From positions 41 through 64,040 of the forward strand of contig JAZSPB010000076.1 of the NCBI GenBank assembly GCA_045537235.1: a DNA stretch of 64,000 nucleotides, in the 5' to 3' direction. This DNA is from Eubacteriales bacterium. Its GTDB lineage: Bacteria > Bacillota > Clostridia > Oscillospirales > CAG-272. Position numbers and translations under genes: made by a program. This document shows positions 20,372 through 31,217 of this stretch, piece by piece; the stretch's first letter is position 1; each line of letters begins with the position of its first letter. The notes beneath the pieces were generated by a model. The model was not told where the DNA came from, searched no databases, and saw only the letters and a program-made list of their open reading frames with translations.

Positions 20372-21301
20372 ATGGATAGTAAGCAGGAAAAAATAGGAAT
20401 TGAGCCATGCGGCGTTTTGATCGTAAACAAGCATAAGGGTGTCACATCTCACGATATCGTTAACCGCATACGCCGACTTTTTAAAACGCGCCGCGTAGGG
20501 CATACGGGAACGTTGGATCCGCTGGCCACGGGTGTTCTTGTGGTGCTTGTGGGACGAGCGGCCAAGGCAGCGGAGTATCTTGTCAGCGACAGCAAACGGT
20601 ATACGGCGCTTTTGCGGTTGGGTCTTACCACAGACAGTGAGGATATTACGGGAACGGTTCTGAGCGAGACCGCGAGTCTTCCCGATGCTGACCAAGTGAT
20701 TCGCGTATGTCGGACGTTTCAAGGCGATATTTTGCAGATCCCTCCCATGTACAGCGCCCTTAAAGTGGGTGGAAAAAAGCTGGTCGATCTTGCCAGACGG
20801 GGAGAGACCGTGGAGAGAACCGCTCGCCCCGTAACCATTCATGAGATTGCCTGTACTCCCACCGAGGTTTCGTCAGATTTTGTTCTCTCGGTCAAATGCT
20901 CGTCGGGAACCTACATTCGTACACTTTGTGCCGATATCGGGCAAGCGCTCGGTTGCGGTGCTGTCATGGCGGCGTTGGAGAGAACCGAAACGGGTGGCTT
21001 TGACATCGCCGTAAGCCATACGGTGGAAGAGCTTGAAAGCATGACCGATGAGGAACGCCAATCGCTTTTGGTGCCGGTGGAGAGCTTGTTTGTGACGCTT
21101 CCATCTGTGACACTTGAGCCTTTTTATGAGCGGCTGAGTCGAAGCGGATGCGAGATCTATCAGAAAAAGATCAAGACCGATCTTGCGGTCGGAACCCGAG
21201 TCAGAATGCACGATCACCAAGGCAATTTCTACGCTTTGGGAGAGGTTCGCGATTATGAGGACGGAAGCGCTGTCAAGGCAATCAAGTTGTTTGAACTTTG
21301 A
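20372..21301 (+). CDS. truB: tRNA pseudouridine(55) synthase
   Basis: GHTGTLDPLATG, QIPPMYSA and GTYIRTL. Confidence 0.97.
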   Translation: MDSKQEKIGIEPCGVLIVNKHKGVTSHDIVNRIRRLFKTRRVGHTGTLDPLATGVLVVLVGRAAKAAEYLVSDSKRYTALLRLGLTTDSEDITGTVLSETASLPDADQVIRVCRTFQGDILQIPPMYSALKVGGKKLVDLARRGETVERTARPVTIHEIACTPTEVSSDFVLSVKCSSGTYIRTLCADIGQALGCGAVMAALERTETGGFDIAVSHTVEELESMTDEERQSLLVPVESLFVTLPSVTLEPFYERLSRSGCEIYQKKIKTDLAVGTRVRMHDHQGNFYALGEVRDYEDGSAVKAIKLFEL

Positions 21302-21316
21302 GAAAGGGGAAATGCT

Positions 21317-22264
21317 ATGGAAACCGTTATGACTGTTGTGAAAATTCTGTGGGGACCTTTGGTTGGTTCGGTGATCGGATATATCACCAACTATATTGCG
21401 GTCAAAATGCTGTTCCATCCCCATAAGCCGTGGATGATCGGAAAATTCCGTGTTCCCTTTACCCCCGGTATTGTTCCGCGTCGACAAAAGGAATTGGCCA
21501 AGGCCATCGGTGATGCCGTGGGTAACCATCTTTTTACGGGTGGGGATCTTAAGGAACTGTTTTTAACCGAACAAACCAAGGAGCGGATCGTGGATATCGC
21601 CATGGATGCGTTGGATCTGTCCTTGGCATTTAAGGAGACTGATAAGCCCTTGCCGACCACCAATCAATTGGTTCATACCTATCTCAAGGATGAACAGATC
21701 GCCGGGGTTAAGGAAGGAGTGACGAATTTCCTTACCGACCGTATCATGGATGCGTTGGAGCACATGAATGTCGGTGCTATAATTGCCGAGCAAGGCGCAG
21801 CCTCACTCTTGGATAAAAAGAGTGGAAACAGCGAGAAAAAAAGTGCGCTGAATGTGCTTTCTATGTTTATCAACGAACACACGATCCACGCCTTTCTGCC
21901 CCAGTTTGCCGAAAAGATCAACACCTATATTGCCGAAAACGGAAGAGATATGGTGCACGGCGCGGTCTTAGGACAGATTGAGCAGTATTCCAACCGTCCC
22001 CTTCACGATATTTTGGCATACACCAGCGAGGAACAGATCCGCACAGTCATTGGAGTGATCTATGAAAAGCTGATCTCGGGTGTCGGTGACCGATTCTCCG
22101 AGGTGCTGGATATCTCTGCCGCAGTAGAGAGTAAGGTGGCAGCCATGAGTGTCAAGGAAACCGAGGCGCTTTGTATGCAAGTTATGAAAAAAGAACTTAA
22201 TACCATTGTCAATCTCGGTGCCCTTATAGGTTTTGTTCTCGGTATCTTCAATCTTTTGACATAA
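21317..22264 (+). CDS. DUF445 family membrane protein
   Basis: IGYITNYIAVKMLFHP, PFTPGIVP and C-terminal LGALIGFVLG. Confidence 0.88.
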   Translation: METVMTVVKILWGPLVGSVIGYITNYIAVKMLFHPHKPWMIGKFRVPFTPGIVPRRQKELAKAIGDAVGNHLFTGGDLKELFLTEQTKERIVDIAMDALDLSLAFKETDKPLPTTNQLVHTYLKDEQIAGVKEGVTNFLTDRIMDALEHMNVGAIIAEQGAASLLDKKSGNSEKKSALNVLSMFINEHTIHAFLPQFAEKINTYIAENGRDMVHGAVLGQIEQYSNRPLHDILAYTSEEQIRTVIGVIYEKLISGVGDRFSEVLDISAAVESKVAAMSVKETEALCMQVMKKELNTIVNLGALIGFVLGIFNLLT

Positions 22265-22278
22265 TAAAATTTGATATA

Positions 22279-22326
22279 AAAAACCTTCTGCCCTTTCGGT
22301 GAAGCCCGAGACAGAAGGTTTTTTTA
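22279..22326. terminator. Bidirectional terminator
   Basis: AAAAAACCTTCTG ... CAGAAGGTTTTTTT between convergent genes. Confidence 0.75.
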
Positions 22327-22331
22327 TTGAA

Positions 22332-23807
22332 TCATCTCTTTTTGCGTCGGATGATACAGAACATACCAAAACCGATGCAAATGAGAGGAAGAACGATGGT
22401 AAGGATGACCGATAAAAGACCGGAGGAGGTCTCGCTGACCGTTAGAGGATTTGTGTTCAAGGGGATCAGCTCTGTTGTGGGGAGATTGCTCTCACCGCAG
22501 ATCCAATGGACGGCATTGAGGAAGGCTGTGTGGTTTCCTCCGCCGACCACCTGATTGGCAGAAGAGGACATAAAGGCTTCTCCGTCGATAGCGAACCAAA
22601 TGAGTTTGGCGCCGTTGGTCTTTTGCGCGACGGCTCCCACACAGAAGGCACGGCTTTCGGCGCCTTCCGGCTTTTGAAGCTTTTCCGCATCGGCGGGGAG
22701 CAGATAGGATCCCGCAGAAGATGTGAAAAGTTGAGTTACACTGACGCCGTCAGGGAGCGATTCGGAAATGCCGATGCCGTGAGAAACGGGAACGATCACT
22801 CTTGAAACTCCGTCAAAAATATCGTGAGAGGTCAAGGAGGGGATAAAGGAATACGGAGCCGAGGCGCTGTAGTATCGGGTACTGTCGGTCTCGATGACAA
22901 GTCCTTGCTCGGCGGAAAGTCCCATAGCGGTGCTTATTTTCTCAAGGTTAGGAAGTGTGCCCACTGTGGGAGAGGTGAACAGCATGATCGTCCCGCCGTT
23001 GTTCATGTAATGAAGAAGAGCGGTTGCCTCGCTATTGCTGACGTCACTTTTGGGCGTGTTGATGATCAACATGTCGCAATCCTCGGGGACAGATGAAAGT
23101 TTGGCAAGATTTATGGAATTTACGGTGATGTTTCCCACGTCCAATTGCTCGGACAACTCGGTACTCAACGCGGCTTCGGAGTGCCCGGTAAGCAGATAGA
23201 CCGTGGGCAGATCGGTTCCCGTCACATAGTTGATAGCGTTGAGCATAAGAGCTTCCCCGTCAAAAACATAATAGGGGGACATGCCGTAGTAGTAATAGTA
23301 ATACATCGCGGTCGTTTGATCTACTTTTCCCACCTCGTCAATATAGAGTTGGAAAAAGTCGGAGCCGTTGATGATACGAGTGCGCAGGGGGCTTTTTACA
23401 ATAACACTCAAATCGGCTACGCTTTCCGTGTTAAGGTTGAGTTCGGTAATGTAGTCGGTTCGGATGGACGTGTCGATGATGGAATAGGATACCTTGCCGC
23501 TGACTGCTGCCAGCTTGTCAAGAAAGGCATCCAACTGCACACCGTCACTCGAAAGAGCCGATTCGCCGCCTGCGGCAGTCAAATAAATATCAACGGGGAT
23601 CGCGGTCTTGGAGACGATGCGCTTGGTGTTGTCCGAAACCGAATAGAGGTGATTTTCGGTCATGTCCATTTCCCGAATGTCGGCGGGAAGCACAGAGCAG
23701 GCAAAGTTGATCAGTATCAAGGCAAGCAACAGGACAACGGCAACGGTCAGTGTGATCAGCCCGTTTTTGGTCATACGATTGCGGTATTCTTTTTGGGATT
23801 TATTCAT
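22332..23807 (-). CDS. GldG-like ABC transporter auxiliary protein
   Basis: DMTENHLYSVS, VYLLTGHSE and LIINTPKSD motifs; N- and C-terminal TMs. Confidence 0.82.
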   Translation of the reverse strand: MNKSQKEYRNRMTKNGLITLTVAVVLLLALILINFACSVLPADIREMDMTENHLYSVSDNTKRIVSKTAIPVDIYLTAAGGESALSSDGVQLDAFLDKLAAVSGKVSYSIIDTSIRTDYITELNLNTESVADLSVIVKSPLRTRIINGSDFFQLYIDEVGKVDQTTAMYYYYYYGMSPYYVFDGEALMLNAINYVTGTDLPTVYLLTGHSEAALSTELSEQLDVGNITVNSINLAKLSSVPEDCDMLIINTPKSDVSNSEATALLHYMNNGGTIMLFTSPTVGTLPNLEKISTAMGLSAEQGLVIETDSTRYYSASAPYSFIPSLTSHDIFDGVSRVIVPVSHGIGISESLPDGVSVTQLFTSSAGSYLLPADAEKLQKPEGAESRAFCVGAVAQKTNGAKLIWFAIDGEAFMSSSANQVVGGGNHTAFLNAVHWICGESNLPTTELIPLNTNPLTVSETSSGLLSVILTIVLPLICIGFGMFCIIRRKKR

Positions 23808-23842
23808 ACTTGTTCCTTCCTTTCTTAATATAGGGCATATGG

Positions 23843-24706
23843 TCAGCTCCAACGCTTTTTCTCGGCTGACAGAACGGTCAGAGTGAAGAAAAACAGCGAG
23901 AAGGACAAGTAAAGCACAACGGTGGGAATGTCGAAAATGCCGTAGGCAAAGATGTTAAACCGATTGAAAAGAGCCAGCTTGGATAGGAGCGCGGGAAAAA
24001 GCCCCTCGAAGAGCGATCGGTTGATGGCATAGACAATGACAGTCGGTATAATGCAAAGTGTTCCCACACCGCAAGCTACGGGGATGTTCCTGGAGAGGTA
24101 ATAACCTATCAGAGAAACAAGAATCCAAGCTACGATCAAACAGACCAAGGATGCTTGCGAAGAAGAGGGGATCATAGCACCGACAGTGCGAAACAGATAG
24201 ATCAAAAAGGTTGCACCAAAACTGAGGATCGCCGCCATGACTTGACTTTCGGCAAGCGCGGAAAGGAACATTCCCAGCGCGATAAGTGCCGCGCCCAAAA
24301 GGAAAAAGGCAACCATACAGGAATAGGCAGACCCCAAATTGACAGATCCGAAAGCGCTCAAGACCAAAGGGTAAACCGAGATGATCAAAGTGGGGATCGC
24401 CAAGACAGCAAGCATGGCCAAATACTTCCCGAGAATGATCCGAGACATCTTTATGGGAAGGGAATACAAGAGGCGGTCGGTCTTGGCTTTTCTGTCCTCG
24501 GTCATGGAACGCATGGTGAGAATGGGGATGACAAGAAGAAGTACATTGCAAGTGCTTTGCACGGTGTATTCAAACGCAGCCTGTCCGTTCCGAAGGTGAA
24601 AATTTGTGGCGAAAATACCGGCAAAGAACAGCAGGATTGCGGTAAACAGAAAGCCGGTCATGCTGATGAAATAGGATTTGAATTCTCGTTTGAAAATGGC
24701 GGTCAT
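23843..24706 (-). CDS. ABC-2 permease (GldF-like)
   Basis: MTAIFKREFKSYF, IPILTMR and IILGKYLA. Confidence 0.88.
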   Translation of the reverse strand: MTAIFKREFKSYFISMTGFLFTAILLFFAGIFATNFHLRNGQAAFEYTVQSTCNVLLLVIPILTMRSMTEDRKAKTDRLLYSLPIKMSRIILGKYLAMLAVLAIPTLIISVYPLVLSAFGSVNLGSAYSCMVAFFLLGAALIALGMFLSALAESQVMAAILSFGATFLIYLFRTVGAMIPSSSQASLVCLIVAWILVSLIGYYLSRNIPVACGVGTLCIIPTVIVYAINRSLFEGLFPALLSKLALFNRFNIFAYGIFDIPTVVLYLSFSLFFFTLTVLSAEKKRWS

Positions 24707-25746
24707 ATTTCGTCATCCTCCTTGCTTTGTGTTGTCTTTGGGGCAGAGAATTGGGGAACATAATCGTTGTCCTCGTCCTCATCCTCAACCTCCTCCTCGT
24801 CTTCGGGTTCGATATCGGGTGTCGTCAGCTTGAGGAAGATGTCTTCCAAAGTCATACGTTCGGTCGCCATATGCAGGAGCGATACGCGCGCATCGGCAAA
24901 GGCCGAGAAAACAGTCTCGCGGATGTCCCTTCCTTCTTCGGCTGTGAGCGTGATGTGGGTACATCCCTCGTTGGGGAAAAATTCGGCGGTGTATTCGGCA
25001 ATGTCGGACACCGTTTTTAGAATTTCTTCGCATCTGTCCATAGTGCCTTTGGCTACCAGCTTGAGTCGATCGCCGGTGTTCATGGTCAATTCCAACTGTT
25101 CAGGTGTATCGTTGGCAACAAGGCGACCTTGGGAAAGGATCATAATTTGATCGCAGACTGCACTGATCTCACCGAGAATATGGCTGGAAAGAATGACCGT
25201 TTTGGTCTTTCCGAGTTCACGGATCAGGTCACGGATCTCGATGATCTGCTTGGGATCAAGTCCTACCGTCGGCTCATCTAAAATGATCACCTCCGGATCA
25301 CCCAAAAGCGCTTGCGCAATGCCGACGCGTTGACAGTATCCCTTGGAAAAATTCCCCATCAACTTGTCTGCCACATCGGTGATGGAGGTCTGCTCCATAA
25401 CGCGGTTGACCTGCAAATAGGTTTTTTCCGCGCCGACACCCTTTGCTTCCGCCACGAAGGTGAGGTACTCACGAGGAGTCATGTCGAGGTAGAGCGGGGG
25501 ATTTTCAGGCAGATAGCCAATGTGCTTTTTGGCGGCATTGGGGTCTTTGAAAATATCATGTCCACCGACCGTGACGCTGCCCGAGGTGGCGGCAATGCAG
25601 CCGGTGATTATATTCATTGTAGAGGATTTTCCGGCGCCGTTGGGACCGAGAAACCCATAGATCTTTCCGGCTTCGATGTCAAAGCTGACATTCTCTACCG
25701 CCGACTTGTTTCCGTACCGTTTGGTTAAATTTCTGACTTGTATCAA
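24703..25746 (-). CDS. ABC transporter ATP-binding protein (GldA-like)
   Basis: GPNGAGKS, SKGYCQR and ILDEPT; TTG start after GGAGG. Confidence 0.92.
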   Translation of the reverse strand: MIQVRNLTKRYGNKSAVENVSFDIEAGKIYGFLGPNGAGKSSTMNIITGCIAATSGSVTVGGHDIFKDPNAAKKHIGYLPENPPLYLDMTPREYLTFVAEAKGVGAEKTYLQVNRVMEQTSITDVADKLMGNFSKGYCQRVGIAQALLGDPEVIILDEPTVGLDPKQIIEIRDLIRELGKTKTVILSSHILGEISAVCDQIMILSQGRLVANDTPEQLELTMNTGDRLKLVAKGTMDRCEEILKTVSDIAEYTAEFFPNEGCTHITLTAEEGRDIRETVFSAFADARVSLLHMATERMTLEDIFLKLTTPDIEPEDEEEVEDEDEDNDYVPQFSAPKTTQSKEDDEI

Positions 25747-25976
25747 AAGTTTACGCCTCCGTTTTTCGATTTTTTTGTCAAAATACATATAATATTATAA
25801 TTATAAATTGATAATGTGTCAACTATTTGTCTTGAATTTGAAAAAAATATGATGCTTTTTTATAAAAACGTAACAAAATTAGGTAAAAATGCAAAAAAGG
25901 ACTTGCAATTTCGTTCGATTTGTTGTATAATATGATGTGTATAAGATGTGTTTATGTTGTATATATATAATTTGAG

Positions 25977-27299
25977 ATGGGAAAGGGGTTTTGGGTATTG
26001 TCAACAAAAAAACAGAACCTTTTTTTCAGCAACGAAGGAAACGGAGATTCTTCTCTTTGTGCGTGGCGAGATGACGGTTGGCTGAACTACCGTCGCGCAC
26101 AGGAAAGATCGACTTCGGATTTTCCGCTTAACATTTATCAAGTGTCCTTGAAGGATTGGAAATGTCGGGAAAACGGGGAGCTGTGTACAAGCGAGGAGAT
26201 TGCCCCCGAGCTTGCATGCTATTCCAAGCAAATGGGATATACACATATCGAACTTTTGCCCGCAGACCTTTCTCCTCAAGAGATGGCAGCATTTGTTGGT
26301 ACCTTGCACGAGGCGGGTATCGGCGTGATATTGGATCTTATCTCTCGGGTGTCCGACTTCGATTGGGAGGCGGAGGTTGCCCGTTGTGTGTTTGAATATC
26401 ATGCGGACGGACTTTGTCTCTCTTGTGATGCGATCATGCTTGGTCATATTCACAATCTTATGAAGGCAACGTGCCCCGATGTTTTGCTTTTGGCGGATTC
26501 CGCTTTGGCAGATGTACGGCATCTGTCCTCGCTGTTTATTCCGCAGTATCGGCAGTGGACGGAAAACGTTTTGTGTTGCTTTGCCTGCGAAGCGGATTTG
26601 CGTCGTGGGCGTTTGGATGATCTTTTTGATAAAGATGGCTTGGAATCGTTTTCGCACCAATTGCTTTCGCTTTCTTGCAAGGATCTTTCGTGCGGCGGAA
26701 GCTCGCTTCTTGACCGAATGTCTGGAGATTATTGGCAGAAATTTGCGAGCATCCGTGCGCTTTTGGGATATATGCTGACCGTGCCCGGCAAAAAAAGGAT
26801 CTTTATGGGATGCGAGATCGGTGAGTTTCGCGCATGGAATGAGGGCGAGAGGATGGAATGGTTCCTCTTGGATCATGATGCCCATGCACGGCTTCAGCTT
26901 TTCTTTGCTCAAATGAACTGGTTTTATCTGACACAACCGGCGCTTTGGAATGACGGTGCGGAAAGCTTTCAAAATCTATCCGAGAATCGAGGAAAAAGCG
27001 TTTTGTGCTACCGTCGAGTATCGCGGGACGGAGAGACGCTGTTGACCGTTGTCAATCTTACGCCTGCCGTACATCATGAATATGAGATCGGTGTTCCCGA
27101 GGGAGGCGAGTACGAGGAATTGATCAATTCCGACCACCTTTCCTTTGGCGGGAGCGGTGTTATAAATGCTAGCCCCATTTTTACCGAATCAAACCGTTTC
27201 GGTCGATTCGATCACACTTTGAGGATTACCGTGCCTCCGCTTGCTGTCTGTGTTTTCCGTTGTCGGAAACGCAACGCGCCCGAAGACACAATATCATAA
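25977..27299 (+). CDS. Degenerate GlgB-like protein (probably inactive branching-enzyme homologue)
   Basis: GlgB-like segments PLNIYQV, QMGYTHIELLP, MSGDYWQKFA, PGKKRIFMGCEIG and FGGSG; catalytic motifs altered; N-terminal CBM48 absent. Confidence 0.75.
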   Translation: MGKGFWVLSTKKQNLFFSNEGNGDSSLCAWRDDGWLNYRRAQERSTSDFPLNIYQVSLKDWKCRENGELCTSEEIAPELACYSKQMGYTHIELLPADLSPQEMAAFVGTLHEAGIGVILDLISRVSDFDWEAEVARCVFEYHADGLCLSCDAIMLGHIHNLMKATCPDVLLLADSALADVRHLSSLFIPQYRQWTENVLCCFACEADLRRGRLDDLFDKDGLESFSHQLLSLSCKDLSCGGSSLLDRMSGDYWQKFASIRALLGYMLTVPGKKRIFMGCEIGEFRAWNEGERMEWFLLDHDAHARLQLFFAQMNWFYLTQPALWNDGAESFQNLSENRGKSVLCYRRVSRDGETLLTVVNLTPAVHHEYEIGVPEGGEYEELINSDHLSFGGSGVINASPIFTESNRFGRFDHTLRITVPPLAVCVFRCRKRNAPEDTIS

Positions 27300-27334
27300 A
27301 TTATCGACAATAAAAAATTTTTCGGAGGTGCTTT

Positions 27335-28531
27335 ATGTTCAAGAAAAAAGAAAGCGTAGCGATGCTTCTTGCCGGCGGGCAGGGAAGCCGATTGTACGCG
27401 CTGACTTACAAAACCGCAAAGCCCGCAGTTTCCTTTGGAGGAAAGTATCGTATCATCGATTTTCCTCTTTCCAACTGCACTAACTCCGGCATTGATACCG
27501 TGGGTGTTTTGACCCAGTATCAGCCCCTTGTGCTCAATGAGTACATCGGAAACGGTCTACCCTGGGATCTTGACCGTGCCTTTGGTGGTGTTTCCATTCT
27601 TCCGCCCTATCAGGCCAAGGATTCTGCCGATTGGTATAAGGGTACGGCGAATGCGATCTATCAAAATATTGAATTTATTGAGCGTTATGATCCCGAGTAT
27701 GTTCTGGTGCTTTCGGGAGACCATATTTATAAGATGGATTATTCCAAAATGCTGGATTACCACAAACAGATGGGGGCCGACTGTACCATTGCGGTTATTG
27801 ATGTTCCGTTGGAGGAAGCCAGCCGCTTCGGTATTATGAGCACCAATCCCGATAACTCGATCTACAAATTCTCCGAAAAACCAAAGAATCCCGACAGTAC
27901 CAAGGCTTCTATGGGTATCTATGTATTTACCAAGGAAAAATTGGTCAAGTATTTGAAGGAAGATGCGGCCGATCCCGAGTCCTCCAATGACTTTGGAAAG
28001 AATATCATTCCCAATATGTTGGCCGCCGGCGAAAAGATGTATGCCTACTCCTTCGAGGGCTATTGGAAGGATGTGGGAACCATCGCATCGCTTTGGGAAG
28101 CCAATATGGATATGCTGGGTGATAATCCCGTTCTTAACCTCAACGATGAGAGCTGGCGTATTTTCTCCCGCTATCAAAACGAAAGTCCTCAGTATGTCGG
28201 TCCCGATGCCAGTATTGAAAACTGCACCATCACCGAAGGTTGCGAGATCCACGGAACGGTTATCAACTCGGTTCTCGGTGAGGGTGTTAAGATCATGGAA
28301 GGCGCTTGTGTGCGTGACTCGGTCATCATGAGCCGCGTTACGATCGGCAAGGATTCTGTTGTTGAGTATTCTATCCTTGACGAAGGTGTAACGGTGGGCG
28401 AGGGGGTCAAGATCGGTAAACCCCGTACGGAGGCATCGGGCATTACCGTGATCGGATCGGGTGTATGTGTACCCGCAAATCGAACCATAGGCGACAACGA
28501 AATGATCGCTGAAATGAAGGAGGGACAGTAA
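27335..28531 (+). CDS. glgC: Glucose-1-phosphate adenylyltransferase
   Basis: [26 protein letters not shown] and YWKDVGT. Confidence 0.97.
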   Translation: MFKKKESVAMLLAGGQGSRLYALTYKTAKPAVSFGGKYRIIDFPLSNCTNSGIDTVGVLTQYQPLVLNEYIGNGLPWDLDRAFGGVSILPPYQAKDSADWYKGTANAIYQNIEFIERYDPEYVLVLSGDHIYKMDYSKMLDYHKQMGADCTIAVIDVPLEEASRFGIMSTNPDNSIYKFSEKPKNPDSTKASMGIYVFTKEKLVKYLKEDAADPESSNDFGKNIIPNMLAAGEKMYAYSFEGYWKDVGTIASLWEANMDMLGDNPVLNLNDESWRIFSRYQNESPQYVGPDASIENCTITEGCEIHGTVINSVLGEGVKIMEGACVRDSVIMSRVTIGKDSVVEYSILDEGVTVGEGVKIGKPRTEASGITVIGSGVCVPANRTIGDNEMIAEMKEGQ

Positions 28532-28532
28532 A

Positions 28533-29666
28533 ATGACTGCAGCAGGCTTGATTTTTTCCAATATACATGACCAGTCCATTGCGGAGCTTACCAACCGCAG
28601 AACCATTGCCAGCGTTCCCTTCGGTTGCCGTTACCGTCTGATCGATTTTGCGCTGTCCAACATGGTGAATTCCAACATTACCAAGGTTGGTATCATTACA
28701 CATAATAACTATCAGTCGCTCCTTGACCACATCGGTACGGGTAAGGACTGGGATCTCTCCCGTCGTTCGGGCGGTATCAAGATCCTTCCTCCGTTTATCA
28801 CCTCCTTTACCGGTCCTGCAGCCAATAAGCTGTATACCACCCGCTTGGAAGCATTGATGGGAGTTACCAACTTTATCACGCGTTGCAACGAGGAGCATAT
28901 TGTGCTTTCCGACTGCGATGCCGTTTGCAATATCAATATTGCCGACGTGCTGGAGCAGCATGAGAAAAACGATGCCGATATCACTATCGTGAGCACCAAG
29001 AAGTCCTTTGATGAGCACGCTTACAATTCGTCTATCATTTGCGTAGAGGCTTCTGGCGACGGTCGTCTTACCGGTGTTTCCAAATTCAAACCCACAAGCG
29101 GCGTGGAGGAGATCAGTACCAACCTGATGGTCGTGAAGCGTAAGTATCTTTTGAATGTGTTGAGCGAGGCGGCTGCGCGCGATTATGACAGCTTCTACTT
29201 GGATATCATCGCAAAGAGATTGGAGCGCGATCGGTATTTTGTTTACCATTATGAGGGATACTATAATATCATTGGGTCTCTTGAAGGCTATTTTGCCTGC
29301 AATATGGAGCTTTTGAATCCCAAGACTCGCCGTGAGATCTTCGAGGTGCCCAATTTCCCCGTATATACCAAGGTCAGAAACTCAGCCCCCACCAAGTATA
29401 CAAGCAGTGCCAAAGTTAAGAACTCCTACATCGCAGACGGCTGTGTGATCGACGGTACGGTAGAGAATTCTATTATCTTCCGTGGTGTCAAGGTAGGGAA
29501 GGGCGCCGTGATCCGCAATTCTATCATCCTTCAGGATACCTACATCGGTTCGGATGTTTCGCTTAACTGTGTGATCACCGACAAAAACGTGGTTATCAAC
29601 GACGGTCGCGTGCTTTCCGGTCACCAGACCATGCCCTTCTTCATCGGAAAAGGCGTTCGTGTATAA
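28533..29666 (+). CDS. glgD: ADP-glucose pyrophosphorylase subunit GlgD
   Basis: ASVPFGCRYRLIDFALSNM and GKDWDL; follows glgC. Confidence 0.95.
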   Translation: MTAAGLIFSNIHDQSIAELTNRRTIASVPFGCRYRLIDFALSNMVNSNITKVGIITHNNYQSLLDHIGTGKDWDLSRRSGGIKILPPFITSFTGPAANKLYTTRLEALMGVTNFITRCNEEHIVLSDCDAVCNINIADVLEQHEKNDADITIVSTKKSFDEHAYNSSIICVEASGDGRLTGVSKFKPTSGVEEISTNLMVVKRKYLLNVLSEAAARDYDSFYLDIIAKRLERDRYFVYHYEGYYNIIGSLEGYFACNMELLNPKTRREIFEVPNFPVYTKVRNSAPTKYTSSAKVKNSYIADGCVIDGTVENSIIFRGVKVGKGAVIRNSIILQDTYIGSDVSLNCVITDKNVVINDGRVLSGHQTMPFFIGKGVRV

Positions 29667-29684
29667 CCGAGGAGGAAAGTATCA

Positions 29685-31124
29685 ATGAGTAAGATCCTTT
29701 TTGTAGGCGCCGAGGCCATGCCCTTTGCGGCAACAGGCGGTCTCGGCGATGTAATGGGCTCACTTCCCGCGGCCATGAAGGCGGCAGAGCCTGACAGTGA
29801 CATTCGCGTTGTTATGCCTCTTTACGGAATGGTAAATGACAAATGGCGTTCCGAGATGAAGGATGAGGCGGTTTTTGAAGTCAAGTTGGCATGGCGCAAT
29901 ATTTATTGCGGCGTCAAAAGCCTTGTCAAGGACGGTGTGACTTACTACTTCATCGATAACGAATATTATTTCAAACGCGATACCTTGTACGGTCATTATG
30001 ATGACGGCGAACGCTATGCCTTTTTCTGCATGGCGGTAATGGAGATGCTTGGGCAAGTTGATTTTATGCCCGATGTTCTCCATGCCCATGATTGGCAATC
30101 GGCACTCAGTGTTGTGTATTTGAACTGTCTCTATCGCCATGTGAGCGGATATGACAAAATTAAGACAGTTTTCACCATTCACAACATTGAATACCAAGGA
30201 AAATATGATTTTAGTATCCTTTATGATGTTTTTGCACTTGGTCATGAGTGCCACGGATTGATGGAGTATGACGGATGCATCAACTTGATGAAGGGTGCGA
30301 TCGTGTGCGCAGATATTGTGTCTACCGTAAGCCCTCGGTATGCCCAGGAAATTCGTTCTCCTCAGTATGCTCATGGTTTGGAGCACATTATTTGCCGGAG
30401 TGAGAATAAATTGCGCGGTATTTTGAACGGTATCGACTATGTTTACTACAATCCCGAGACGGATGCCGTGATTACGGAAAACTTTTCCTCCAATTCGGTT
30501 GAAAAGAAGATTGCGAACAAGCTGGCACTCCAAAAGGCAGTGGGGCTACCCGAAAATGCCGATGTTCCTATGCTCGCCATTATCTCTCGACTGGCATCCC
30601 ACAAGGGTCTTGACATCGTTTCCGAAATGGCTTACGGCTTGCTTCAGTATAATGATGTTCAGCTTGTGGTCCTCGGAAAGGGAGAGGCGCGATACGAGCA
30701 ATTTTTCCGCAACCTAGAAAGAGATTTCCCGGGAAAAGCCAAGGCGCTTATCGAATACGATCGCGATCTTTCCAAACGCATCTATGCTGCGGCAGATATC
30801 TTTGTCATGCCTTCGGCCAGTGAGCCTTGCGGCTTGTCGCAGATGATCGCCTCCCGTTACGGCGCCATCCCCGTAGTCAGAGAAACGGGCGGTCTTTACG
30901 ACTCGATCAAGGGCTATTGGGAAAAAGACGGAGAGTTGATGGGCAATGGCTTCACCTTTGCCGGCTACTCTGCCGCCGAGCTTTTTGACCGCATCAATGC
31001 CGCCGTTGAATTGTGGCACAACAAGGAAAAACGCGACAGATTCGTTCAGAAGATCATGAATGTGGACTTCTCTTGGAGTGTGTCCGCGAAGAGTTATTTT
31101 GATATGTACAACAGCATTCTGTAA
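29685..31124 (+). CDS. glgA: Glycogen synthase
   Basis: TGGLGDV, HAHDWQ, TIHNIEYQG and EPCGLSQM. Confidence 0.96.
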   Translation: MSKILFVGAEAMPFAATGGLGDVMGSLPAAMKAAEPDSDIRVVMPLYGMVNDKWRSEMKDEAVFEVKLAWRNIYCGVKSLVKDGVTYYFIDNEYYFKRDTLYGHYDDGERYAFFCMAVMEMLGQVDFMPDVLHAHDWQSALSVVYLNCLYRHVSGYDKIKTVFTIHNIEYQGKYDFSILYDVFALGHECHGLMEYDGCINLMKGAIVCADIVSTVSPRYAQEIRSPQYAHGLEHIICRSENKLRGILNGIDYVYYNPETDAVITENFSSNSVEKKIANKLALQKAVGLPENADVPMLAIISRLASHKGLDIVSEMAYGLLQYNDVQLVVLGKGEARYEQFFRNLERDFPGKAKALIEYDRDLSKRIYAAADIFVMPSASEPCGLSQMIASRYGAIPVVRETGGLYDSIKGYWEKDGELMGNGFTFAGYSAAELFDRINAAVELWHNKEKRDRFVQKIMNVDFSWSVSAKSYFDMYNSIL

Positions 31125-31217
31125 GCTGTAGACATTATATTTTATCGATTACGGCGCGTGAGTGACCAAAGCCCGCGCGCCGTGATCAATTCCAAAAAAG
31201 AAAGGCAAAACCATCCC

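Noticed and set aside
23283-23306. Poly-tyrosine run (YYYYYY) in the GldG-like protein as a phase-variable repeat
   Set aside because: It uses mixed TAT/TAC codons, so it is not a slippage tract, and the frame is intact.
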